Position numbers and translations under genes: made by a program. A stretch of DNA of 64,000 nt, taken from Macrostomum lignano. Its lineage: Eukaryota. The stretch lies in NCBI GenBank assembly GCA_002269645.1, contig NIVC01001489.1, positions 159,801 to 223,800 on the forward strand. The letters are read 5' to 3'. How positions within the stretch are numbered: position 1 is the first letter of the stretch; each line of letters begins with the position of its first letter. Below are positions 12,735 to 24,600 of this stretch, piece by piece. The notes under the pieces were generated by a model. The model ran no database searches. It was not told where the DNA came from and was given only the letters and a program-made list of their open reading frames with translations.

Positions 12735-15170
12735 ATGTCAAAGAATCAAGTGGCAGCCTGTTTCCACGTTAAGGCGGACTCTGGGATGCTAGGCGAAGCG
12801 CCTCATCAGCCAGCGGCGTCAGTTGAGGAGATTCTCTCCAGCTTCATCAAGTACGCCAGCCACAGCGGCATGCTGCCCGGCATGCAGAGGCAGGGTGCCA
12901 AGCGCACCGTGTTGACCGCTCTGGCAGTGCTGGCCAATGTCTTGATCTATGCCGAGTGTCTGGCTACCATGGTGATGTTCTTGCGCCTGCCAACGGCCCT
13001 GGATGCAAGCACAACTTTGCTGGTTGTGTCCATCATCTTTCACTCCTACTGTGCCTCGATCAGCTCTCTGTTCATGTGGTCCAGCTGCTCGGGAAGGCTG
13101 AGCAGCTTTCTGCTCGATGTGGACGCAATACTGGCTGATTCGAGAGCCGTGCCCCAGCTGGAGGCGGCACTGCGACAGCGGTTCTTTCAGTACAAGGGTC
13201 TGCTCAGGAAGTTCTTTGCAGCGTTTTTCACTGCCGTAGTGATCAACTCGATCATGAGCGTGACCCTCATCATCATGGCTCCGAACCAGGTTCCTTTCAT
13301 GTTCAACATCCGCATTGCGATGTTCGGCTCTGCAGGGACCGGCCCCCTGCCAGCAATCCACCAGGCTCCCTGGGCGCAGGTGGCCAGCCAGGTTGCCGCT
13401 TCGGTCTGGTGGATCTACAAGTCACTCCTGTGGAACTTCGGCTTTCTGCTCTTCTTCACCTTAATTTGCATCCCTACCCACCTGCTGCTGGGCTACAGTT
13501 CGGGGCTTGCGGCCCAAGTTCGAGAATCCCAGGGACTCACGGGAGACGCAGCCGCGGCCTATCGACTTTTCTATTTGAGGATCGCGGGCGCAGTTGAGTC
13601 CGCTGACGTCATAGTGCGCCTGTACCTGTGCGCCACCTTCCTGTTCTGCATCATGACCGTGATGTTCAACGTCAACGCCTTGATAGACTTGAGCCAGGTG
13701 GATCAGATGGTGACCTCCATCCTGGCCGTTTGGATCGGGTCCGGCCTTGTGCTGCTTTGCCTGCCAGTCTTCATGTGCGGCAGAGTTTCGGTTCTGGTGA
13801 GGACGCAAAACTTTTAGCTGCAAATATTGTAGCTTACCGAGCTTCTTTTTGGCCAGGATTTATTTAGATCAAGGTCGTTTTAGCTGGTTTTAACAGTAGG
13901 AATTCTACTCCTGACAAATTTTTGCTACGCCAGAACGGAGCAAGACATTCACATGAAATTAGAGGACGCAAGCTAACGTTTTGTTGCGCACACCTTCTCA
14001 GGATTCTCAGGACTCTGGACTTTTAACAGGTGGCATTGGTGACTGTGGAAACCTGTTGCGACTGCGTACGATTCTTCATATCAAGCCTGGTCAGTAGGCA
14101 AGCCTCAAGTACTGGAAATTCTCAACTAGTCTCTCAGTCATCATCCTAACCCACTTTCTGCAGATGGCACCTGGTTGACTGTGGACTGACAATTAATAGC
14201 TAATCCTGTCCTTGAATTTCGTACAGCACTGGAAACGTATTTTGATTGGTTGCATAAGAGAAGTCAAGTGACACAGAGCAGGACAATCACGCTTTACTAG
14301 GGCTATGAGACTCAAGATGGCGATGCAAAATTTCTAATATGAGGATTGTCCAACGCGTCTTGCGCTATCGCCAGGTTTCATACACCGTGCATGCAGTCAG
14401 CAAGAGTTTTACTGTCCAGTGCACTTAAACAGATTCGTTTTTAATTTTCAGGTCAAGAAGCCTTTAGACGTTCTGCAGCGGCAGGAGATCACGAAAAATA
14501 ACTTTAAAGAGGTAAAAAGTAATCAGCATTAACTACGAGTATACTCAGCAACATTGAAAAGTCGCCACTCTATGCGCCAGTGAGCAATTTCCCTTAGATT
14601 TCTCTTAGACTATTCTGCAATAAAAGATACGAGAAAATTGATCGGAGTAGCTTTAATCCGTCCAACCTTCGCCCACCGCTCACTCCACCACTTCATTTCT
14701 CAACTCAAGTCTGCCGCGGCGTAGCTGAGTTGCGTCACTCGCAAAGATTAAGAGGCTTTACCTACACTTTCAAAAGTGGCGACTGAACAGACAGAATCTT
14801 ATGCGATGGCAACTTTTCGATGTGGCTGGGTATATTAAGCTTTTTCGAGCATTCTTGTGCATCTCAACATTGAATTGAAATCTCAGCTTCTAGTGCTTCT
14901 AGAGGTGGTGAACAGCAGCAGCTGCGGCATCACCTGCGCCGGCCTCTTCACCATTGACTATTCGCTGATTCCAAGTGTGAGTAGCATCAGCCTCATGCCG
15001 CTTCTCTCACTCCGAAATTGAGTTAAACTTGATCTAAGAGCGCATTATTGAAATTTCAGCTCACCGGACTGCTGCTGACTTACTTCATTCTAATTGTGCA
15101 GACCCAGCAAGGCGCCAACAGCTCCGGCTACCCCAGCGGGGGAGGCACTTCAAACGGCTCAGCGCTCTGA
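12735..15170 (+). CDS. Gustatory receptor-like (Grl, 7TM ion-channel superfamily) protein, ~440 aa, 4 exons
   Basis: Exons 12735-13796, 14452-14511, 14887-14976 and 15060-15170, with three phase-0 GT-AG introns at the 3' end. There are multiple hydrophobic helices. The C-terminus has GITCAGLFTIDYSL followed by LLTYFILIVQT, matching the GR-family TY-x5-QF TM7 signature (F replaced by T). Confidence 0.88.
13910..14150 (+). mobile_element. Solo arm of the foldback family in Grl intron 1
   Basis: Similar to 3280-3640 (ttttgctacgccagaacggagcaa..., ttaacaggtggcattggtgactgtgg, aggcaagcctcaa). Confidence 0.6.
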
Positions 15171-15341
15171 GCAACAGCTCTTGAATGAGAAGAAGGCGTA
15201 GAGAATTATTAACAGCAAACAAAATCTTCATTGATGTTCAATAAAATAACGCTTGAACAAGATCTACAATCTAACATTTGCTAGATACATTTAAAACCGA
15301 AGCATAGCCAATAGTCTTGCATGGGCATTCCACTGTCTACC

Positions 15342-15388
15342 CTAACCCTAACCCTAACCCTAACCCTAACCCTAATCCTAACCCTAAA
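15342..15388 (-). repeat. Interstitial telomeric-type (TTAGGG)n repeat
   Basis: About 7 CCCTAA units on the + strand, with one CCTAAT variant. Confidence 0.9.
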
Positions 15389-15726
15389 CCGAAACTACAT
15401 CGTCGGCAGTCACATAGTTTCTGTTATGGGTTTTTTTCTGAAATAGCACAGACACGCAACATCCAGGTAAAAAACACTAGTCTTTAATATTGATACCTGG
15501 CTCTTGAAATAACGGCTACGATTTGCTCTAAAATACATTTTACTTTCGTCAAAAGATCTGCGTGAAAGTTGACTTGAAATTCTGCAAAGCTATCACTTCT
15601 GGACAATGATCTGTTTATAACGCGTTCAAAGCTGCCACAAGTGAAATCACAGTGCAGTGTCGAATATACTGTAGAAACTGCTTCAGCCGCGAATGTATCA
15701 AGCCTGTATATTTGTGTTGAACAGCA

Positions 15727-15875
15727 ACTCCTGTGGAACTTCGAGTTTCTGTTCTTCTTCACCTTAATTTGCATCCCTACCCACCTGTTGCTGGGCGACT
15801 GGGTTCGCGGCCCAAGTTCGAGAATCTCAGGGTCTCACGGGGGACGCAGCCGCGACTTATCGATTTTTCTATTTA
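15727..15875 (+). pseudogene. Degenerate partial duplicate of Grl exon 1
   Basis: LLWNFEFLFFFTLICIPTHLLLG matches 13425-13575 (LLWNFGFLLFFTLICIPTHLLLG), followed by a frameshift. Confidence 0.88.
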
Positions 15876-16059
15876 CAGATCGCATCCTGCGCCTCCCGAA
15901 GGAAAGCCAGCGTGGACCACTGAAGCCCGCATCGCCAGATCTCGACTAAAAACGGATGTACGAGACTTACTACAAGTAACTAACTATAGGCTGTGGCTCC
16001 GACACCCACACGGTGGCTGTGACACCCTGCATACAGAGACCACAGTGTGAATGAATGTG

Positions 16060-16350
16060 CGTGAATGAACTCATGGACCAAGCCGCCCACCTCGACCAGG
16101 CGGACGTCCCAACGACCCTCCGCGCCGCCAGCCAGATATGACAGCCACTGGCTTATCCAGACCTGCACTTATCAGCTTATCAACCAGTTGCTCGTCGGGG
16201 CGAGCATCCCCGACGGCAGCACGCACCACCACATGGGCCCCGCGGATACGCCCAACTGCCCGGACTGTGATGAACCCAAGAAGGTGTAGCACATCCTGCA
16301 GTGCTGGCCACGTGGCGACCGCTAACGCCGGATCGGGGAGAAGAAGAACC
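16060..16350 (+). mobile_element. Degraded LINE 3' fragment with a CCHC zinc-finger remnant
   Basis: HHHMGPADTPNCPDCDEPKKV*HILQC resembles the C-x2-C-x7-H-x3-4-C finger at the end of LINE ORF2, with an in-frame stop. Confidence 0.55.
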
Positions 16351-17259
16351 TTGGCGCTAGTGCTGTCTCCTTGTACTCGTACTGTACCTCTGTGCTACTC
16401 CATTGGCACATTTACAAGTTACATGTATTTTTCACGATTCATATTCTCATAACTGGATTCTCAAGTTAATGTCGGATACCATGAAGGAAAGACTGCAAAG
16501 AATTATCTTCTTTTATTTTTCGTCTTTATCTTACTCTTACGTACTACTAATATATTCTAACCATAAAAATATCCCAATTTCTTCCATAGGGTAGCCAACA
16601 CAGTCTGCGATTGGGATCTGCGATTGGAAATTAAGCCAGTGGCTAATACGGTCTTGCTTTTGTCAGCTTTAAATTGTTTAAATTGGTTGGCCAGTTGTAA
16701 AGTAATTACTATAAAAAGCGTTCATAGCAATGTGAAGCCTCTTTTGTGCACCGCATAGAAACTGCGTTAGTACCATATGTGAAGATCATGCTGACTAGCT
16801 GTTTGCACTGTGAATTCAGCATCAACAATGTTTAGCTCTACCGAACTTGCTAGCTGAATCGTTTTTCTCTCTGTACCGGTTCTCTAGCTGAGAATGTTTT
16901 GTCACGAGTGCAAGCGAGTGTGACTCACATCTAAAACAATTACACATCTAGAAGCAGCGCACACGGCGCTCTTAAAAACATTGCATGCTAAAAAAAGAAA
17001 TATGCGGATGGAAAAATAAATAAACACACAAAAATGTTGTGCAAGAAAATACAAATGTTCTTAGTAAAAAAACGTTTTCTTAGAAAAATGCATTTTCACA
17101 TCCCTGTTATTAATGAGCTCACTCATTTTTTCTCTATTAATATGAGCACAGTTCAGCCCCCAAAAGGCCATGCTGAGTTCCCTCGGCTAAAGCCACAGGA
17201 GTTTCCCAAAGTTTTCCATCTGTCTGAGGATCTGCTACACCGCTGTGCCTCTTCCATTC

Positions 17260-20200
17260 ATGGCAGGTAAGTTCCGCTCTCACTGCCTGAGTTTCCACCG
17301 GGTACGCACGAAGCTGTACGGCATTCAATCCGCAAATTTCAGGTGCACTGCTGCTCACTCTCTCCATCCTGGCTGCTGGAGCTGCAGCAGACACTGAGTA
17401 CACGCACGTGTGGGACTCCGCTGACATGGCGCTGGGCTGCAAGCCATGGCTGTCTGTGCAGGTGAAGACAGGAGACCTCACCGAGTTGCACAACATTACC
17501 TTCACTTTGTCCACCAGGTGAGAATTTGGTTTGACTTTGTCATAGCCTTCGTAACATGGGCTGCTTTTTCACGCCAACCCTGAAGTATGACGGATATACG
17601 GTAGAGGACTAGAGGATCACCGGTAGAGGACTTGAGGATCACCGGTAGAGGACTAGAGGATCAACGAACTCTCTACATCCCCCAACCGTACCAACATCAA
17701 CAGGATCCTATAAACAGTATTTTAAGGATGCTTAAAGTCCATTCCACGCTGCCCCTGTGACAGTAGCTAAAAGTTCACAAACTACTTGAAAACTTGTCCG
17801 CAGCGCCGTCTTCAACAAGCGAGTCCGAGTCCGCACAAGCGATCGGCACTTCAAGCACAAGCACAGAGCGCCCTGTCTGTACCAAGGAAGAGTTGGCAAC
17901 ACGGACGAAAAGGCTTATGCCAGCGAGCTCGGAGACCGACTAAAGTGAGTCAATTTCTAGCTCTGAGATGCAGCTATTCTCCAGCTTAATAACCTTGACC
18001 CTTGACCTCCGCCGTAGAATGACCTTCAAGCTGAACGGCAGCTGGTACCAAGCCGAGACGTCCTCCGGCAGTTCCGCGGACGCTCCGGCAATCGCGAAGC
18101 AGTTCGAAGTCCGCGAAGACGAGACCGCCAGCCAGTGCCGCTACAAAGTTCCGCCCAGAAACTTCAGCGAGATGAACGCGCAAGGCGCCAGCGCCATTCC
18201 GTCGAGTGTCGCCTTCGTTCTGGAAAAGGGCGCGCTGAACGTCGAAAGCTTTCAGGGTGCCATCGTGGACAAGATCTTGGAGCTGGTCATCGTTGTGGAT
18301 CGAAGCTTTGTAAGAATTCGCAGGTGCTTCCATGCTGCTTGAAAGCTGAGCTCCTTACTCACCGCCATTCCCTGCGGTCACTTCCAGATCAGCAAAGCCG
18401 GCAGCGAGTCGGGCGCTGTGACCAGAGTCATGCAAATCTTCAATTTCGTGAATGGGGTGAGCAGAATTCTGTGAATTTTCCGCTAATGAGATATCGATTT
18501 GCAGTTCTTCCTTGCCCGTTGCAGCTGTACCAACCACTCAGACTGAGAGTTGTGCTCACTGAGATTGTCATCTGGCGAACGGACAAAATTTCGATCAGCT
18601 CAAGCGGCGGGGAAACCTTTCAACAGTTTACGTTCTACAAGGCCTTTCAAATGAAAGGAATTAAGCATGACTCGGTTATGCTACTCAGGTGACGAGACCT
18701 CATCGTTTCTGCTGATTGGTTTTACAGTGCTTCGATGAATTCATTTCAACATCGGATAGCTAATTTTGTGCCCACGTGTCACTTCATTTACTGTTTACCC
18801 CCAAAATTTTCCAGCGCTACAAACTGGGACGGAAACAAAACTCTTGGCGTAGCCTGGATCAGGTCCACCTGCTTCACTGCGCACTCGTGCGGAATAGTTA
18901 GTGTGAGCACTTCGAATGCTTTTCTATTCTCCGGATAGCTGCAACAGACAGGTGAAGATTTTTTGCTTGCCGCATCGCCAACACCTGCAGGACAGATACT
19001 CAGAGGAGATTTCCACCGCGCTGGTTCTGACGCATGAGGTCGGTCACAACCTGGGATTCCTGCACACGAAAGACTACAGAAGCTGTGTCTGCAATCGGTC
19101 TTCAACCGGCTGCATCATGAACTCGTTCCTGGACCCCAAAACTCGGTGAGAGCTGAGCTGGCTACAACCACACCGCACTCGATCCCACACACCAGTGAGA
19201 GCTGAGCTGGCTACAACCGCACCGCACTCGATCCCACACACTAGTGAGAGCTGAGCTGGCTACAACCGCACCGCACTCGATCCCACACACTAGTGAGAGC
19301 TGAGCTGGCTACAACCGCACCGCACTCGATCCCACACACTAGTGAGAGCTGAGCTGGCTACAACCACACCGCACTCGATCTCACACTAGTGAGAGCTGCT
19401 CTGGCTACAACCGCACCGCACTCGATCCCACACACTAGTGAGAGCTGCTCTGGCTACAACCGCACCGCATTCGATCTCACACTAGTGAGAGCTGCTCTGG
19501 CTACAAAAGCACCGCACTCGATCTCACACTAGTGAGAGCTGCTCTGGCTACAACCACACCGCACTCGATCCCACACACTAGTGAGAGCTGAGCTGGCTAA
19601 ACCACAATTCACTCGATCCCACACACTAGTGAGAGCAGAGCTGGCTACAACCACAATGCACTCGAACCCACACACTAGTGAGAGCTGAGCTGGCTACAAC
19701 CGCACCGCACTCGATCCCACACACTAGTGAGAGCTGAGCTGGCTACAACCACAATGCACTCGAACCCACACACTAGTGAGAGCTGAGCTGGCTACAACCG
19801 CACCGCACTCGATCCCACACACTAGTGAGAGCTGAGCTGGCTACAACCGCACCGCACTCGATCCCACACACTAGTGAGAGCTGAGCTGGCTGAACCACAA
19901 TGCACTCGATCCCACACACTAGTGAGAGCTGCTCTGGCTACAACCACACCGCACTCGATCCCACACACTAGTGAGAGCTGAGCTGGCTAAACCACAATGC
20001 ACTCGATCCCACACACTAGTGAGAGCTCAGCTGGCTGAACCACAATGCACTCGATCCCACACACTAGTGAGAGCTGCTCTGGCTACAAAAGCACCGCACT
20101 CGATCTCACACTAGTGAGAGCTGCTCTGGCTACAACCGCACCGCACTCGAACCCACACCAAGCGGTTCAAATTCGCCCTCCTCCCTCCCGCAGCACGGAA

Positions 20201-21419
20201 GCCCTGGGCTGGTCTTCCTGCTCCTTGAAGGCCTGGGGCTTGCAGGCCAACGAGACCTGGAGGAGCTGCCTGGCGGACGCACCGGATGAGTCCTACACCA
20301 CCAACCGGAGCATCTCAGCATGCGGCAACGGCATCTTGGAGCACGGCGAACAGTGCGACTGCGGGCCATCTCAGGCGAGACGTCCGTGGCATTTCACAGA
20401 GACATTGATGCGTGCAAGGTGTGCAAGAGACTCCGGATAGCAAATTACATCAGAGCGAGAGCAAGCATATCATTAGCATACATGTGAATGCAATAATAAA
20501 GTTCTTACTTGCTTATCAAAGCAACTAGAGCATAAAAATACTATTGCCGTGCAATTGCTATCTTTACACCAGTAATTTATCAACCCCAATGCTTCATCTT
20601 GAACCTGCTGATAGCAACAAATACAGCAACCGAAAGCATCTTATTTGAGCACAGTTCTTACAATGGGTCTCAATGAGCCTCTCAAACTCTGCCATACAGC
20701 TTGCATTCTCAGGCTTCCATTGTCCGATGCCTGGCCTGCTTTACGAGTACTCAATAATTAGCGATTGAGCAGCTCTCTGAGCAGCTCTGGGTCAGTCCTG
20801 CCATTATCACCTGAACCGTGCGCTCTTCTGACAACTGATGCAGAAGATAGTCCTAACGAGAAGACACTCTGTCTGACACTGCTCCGACTACGAGCGTATT
20901 TTCTTTTGTTTTATATTAACAGCAGATCGAGTGGGTAGAGATTGAGAGAGTGAGTCATAGACCGAGAAGGCTACTCCCCACTTCGAGAGACAATAGTAGT
21001 ACTATGCAGATATGACATGCCATGCTATGCAGACGTGCTCGTCAAAGTGCTGCGACGCGAAGACGTGCCGGCTCAAGGCCGGTGCCACCTGCGCCTCGGG
21101 AGCCTGCTGCGACTGGGACACCTGCACGCTGAGGCCGAGGGGCCGCGTCTGCAGAGCCGCCGACGGACCGTGCGACGTGCCGGAGACCTGCAGCGGGTCT
21201 GGCGAGTGGTGCCCCAGCGACGACAAAGTGGCCGACGGAGTGGACTGCGCTGCCGGTCAGGTGAGAGACGCTGCTGAAGACAGGTGTCTGGTGTTATGGT
21301 TTTTTACCTTGTAGCTTAAGCGCCTTTGATTTTGTGCCTGTCTGAGCTATGAGCTACATATTTAAAGTTCATACTCGCTTCTCGAATAGTAAGTTCATCT
21401 GTAGTTATGTCTGTCTGTC

Positions 21420-21469
<50 letters not shown>

Positions 21470-21477
21470 CGCCTGCC

Positions 21478-21522
<45 letters not shown>

Positions 21523-21561
21523 GTCTGTAGTAGTGTCGGTCTGTCTGTCTGTCTGTCTGCC

Positions 21562-21614
<53 letters not shown>

Positions 21615-21621
21615 GCCTGCC

Positions 21622-21680
<59 letters not shown>

Positions 21681-24600
21681 GTGTCAAGATATTTTTTACA
21701 GAATTAGTGAGAACATCTGCTCAGCATTTGCATCCTCATCACTTCAGGCCTTCTGCTACAAGGGACGCTGCAGATCGCCAGACACCCAGTGCCGAAGGCT
21801 TTTTGATTCTTCAGCCAAGAGCGCCGACAAGAAGTGCTTTGAAATCCTGAACAAAAACAGCAGCGCCTACGGCCACTGCCATTCACGACTGGCTGTGCTC
21901 TTCATCTCGGCCAGGTTCAGACTGTCGGGAATTTTCTCCTACGTGCCGTGCGCTCCAAAGTGAGTGAATGGAGCTGTTTGACTAATGGCTATTGCAAGTA
22001 GGAAAGGCACAGGTATTTAAATATTCACAAATTTTACAGGGACGTTGAGTGCGGCCTGCAGCAGTGCGAGCTGGTTGCTAAGCCTCGGTTTGGGAACAAT
22101 AAGACGGTCGGAAATACCACCTGCTACTCGTTCCCCCACATCGATTTGTCTTCATCCGGAATGCGCAGCCCCTCTCTGGTGCCGGACGGAGCCAAGTGCG
22201 GAGTTGACTCGGTGAGATGGGCAGGCCAGCTATGGCTGGAGTTGGGTAGCAGTTGAGGTGAAGACCTGCCGATTTTGAAAATTGCAGATGTGCGTCAACT
22301 CCACCTGCACACCGCTGAGCACCGTCCGAGCCTGCAAGTCGTGCCCTGACTGCAAAGCCAACGGGGTGCTCACTTCTGGCAAAGTCTGCTTTTGCAAAGC
22401 CGGGTTCGAGCCGCCAAACTGCTCCAAGGTGGGCTGCGGCGGCTCCGTGACGTCACCGCTGACGTGTCCCGGTGAGTACCGGGGATCCTCTGGCCTTCTA
22501 CCGGTGATCCTCTAGTCCTCTACCGGGGATCCTCTACTCTTGTACCGGGGATCCTCTAGTCTTGTACCGGGGATCCTCTAGTCCTCTACCGGTGATTCTC
22601 TAGTCCTCTACCGGTGATCCTCTGGTCTTCTACTGGTGATCTCTAGTCTTCTACTGGTGATCTCTAGTCTTCTACTGGTGATCCTCTAGTCTTCTAGTGG
22701 TGATCCTCCAGTCTTTTACCGGGGATCCTCTACTCTTGTACCGGGGATCCTCTAGTCTTGTACCGGGGATCCTCTAGTCTTGTACTGGGGATCCTCTAGT
22801 CTTGTACCGGTGTTCCTAAAGGCACTAACCCCAGCAGCTTTTGTACTGTAAGAGGTCTTGTTAGACAGCACGGAGGCTACTGCATGCAGTATTAAATATT
22901 GTTGAACTGAATCTTTATTGTTATAACTTTCAGTGAAAAATAGTACGACAACAACGTATGAACCCACGAGCAAGTCGACGAGCGAGCCGACGTCTCCAGA
23001 GTCTGTCAGCTCTACAAGCGCACCGGAAGCTGCTGAAACTACAGCTACAAGTGATTCAACACACTACACAAGTGAGAAGACATCTCCAGAGTCTGTTAGC
23101 TCTACAAGCGCACCGGAAGCTGCTGAAACTACGAGTACAGTTACAAGTGACTCAAACCGCTACACAAGCGAGCCGACATCTCCAGAGTCTGTCAGCTCTA
23201 CAAGCGATCCTCTACCGCTACACACAACCCGCTACACAAGGGAGCCGACGTCTCTAGAGTCTGTTGGCTCTACAAGCGCACCGGTAGCTCCTGAAACTAC
23301 GAGTACAGTTACAAGTGACTCAACCCGCTACACAAGGGAGCCGACGTCTCTAGAGTCTGTCGGCTCTTCAAGCGCACCGAAAGCTCATGAAACCACAACT
23401 ACAAGTGAGCCAACCCGCTACACAAGCGAGCCGACATCTCCAGAGTCTGTTAGCTCTACAAGCGCAGCGAAAGCTCCTAAAACTACAACTATAAGTGAGT
23501 CAACCCGCTACACAAGCGAGCCGACATCTCCAGAGTCTGTTAGCTCTACAAGCGCAGCGAAAGCTCCTAAAACTACAACTATAAGTGAGTCAACCCGCTA
23601 CACAAGCGAGCCGAGGTCTTCAGAGTCTGTCAGCTCTACAAGCGCAGCGAAAGCTCCTGAAACTACAACTACAAGTGAGCCAACCCGCTACACAAGCGAG
23701 CCGACATCTCCAGAGTCTGTCAGCTTTACAAGCGCACCGAAAGCTCATGAAACCACAACTACAAGTGAGCCAACCCGCTACACAAGCGAGCCGACATCTC
23801 CAGAGTCTGTTAGCTCTACAAGCGCAGCGAAAGCTCCTGAAACTACAACTACAAGTGAGCCAACCCGCTACACAAGCGAGCCGACATCTCCAGAGTCTGT
23901 CAGCTCTACAAGCGCAGCGAAAGCTCCTAAAACTACAACTACAAGTGAGTCAACCCGCTACACAAGCGAGCCGACGTCTCCAGAGTCTGTCAGCTCTACA
24001 CGCGCGCCGGAAGCTGCTGAAACTACAACTACAAGTGAGTCAACTCACTACACAAGGGAGCCGACGTCTCTAGAGTCTGTTAGCTCTACACGCGCACCGG
24101 AAGCTGCTGAAACTACGAGTACAGTTACAAGTGACTCAAACCGCTACACAAGCAAGCCGTGGTCTTCAGAGTCTGTCAGCTCTACACGCGCAGCGAAAGC
24201 TCCTGAAACTACAACTACAAGTGAGCCAACCCGCTACACAAGCGAGCCGACATCTCCAGAGTCTGTCAGCTCTACAAGCGCAGCGAAAGCTCCTGAAACT
24301 ACAACTACAAGTGAGGCAACCCGCTACACAAGCGAGCCGACATCTCCAGAGTCTGTCAGCTCTACAAGCGCAGCGAAAGCTCCTGAAACTACAACTACAA
24401 GTGAGCCAACCCGCTACACAAGCGAGCCGACATCTCCAGAGTCTGTCAGCTCTACAAGCGCAGCGAAAGCTCCTGAAACTACAACTACAAGTAAGCCAAC
24501 CCGCTACACAAGCGAGCCGACATCTCCAGAGTCTGTCAGCTCTACAAGCGCAGCGAAAGCTCCTGAAACTACAACTACAAGTGAGCCAACCCGCTACACA

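Noticed and set aside
19146-20155. CRISPR-like appearance of regular repeats (also 31260-31580 and 48527-48715)
   Set aside because: The units are head-to-tail with no unique spacers, there are no cas genes, and the context is eukaryotic introns.
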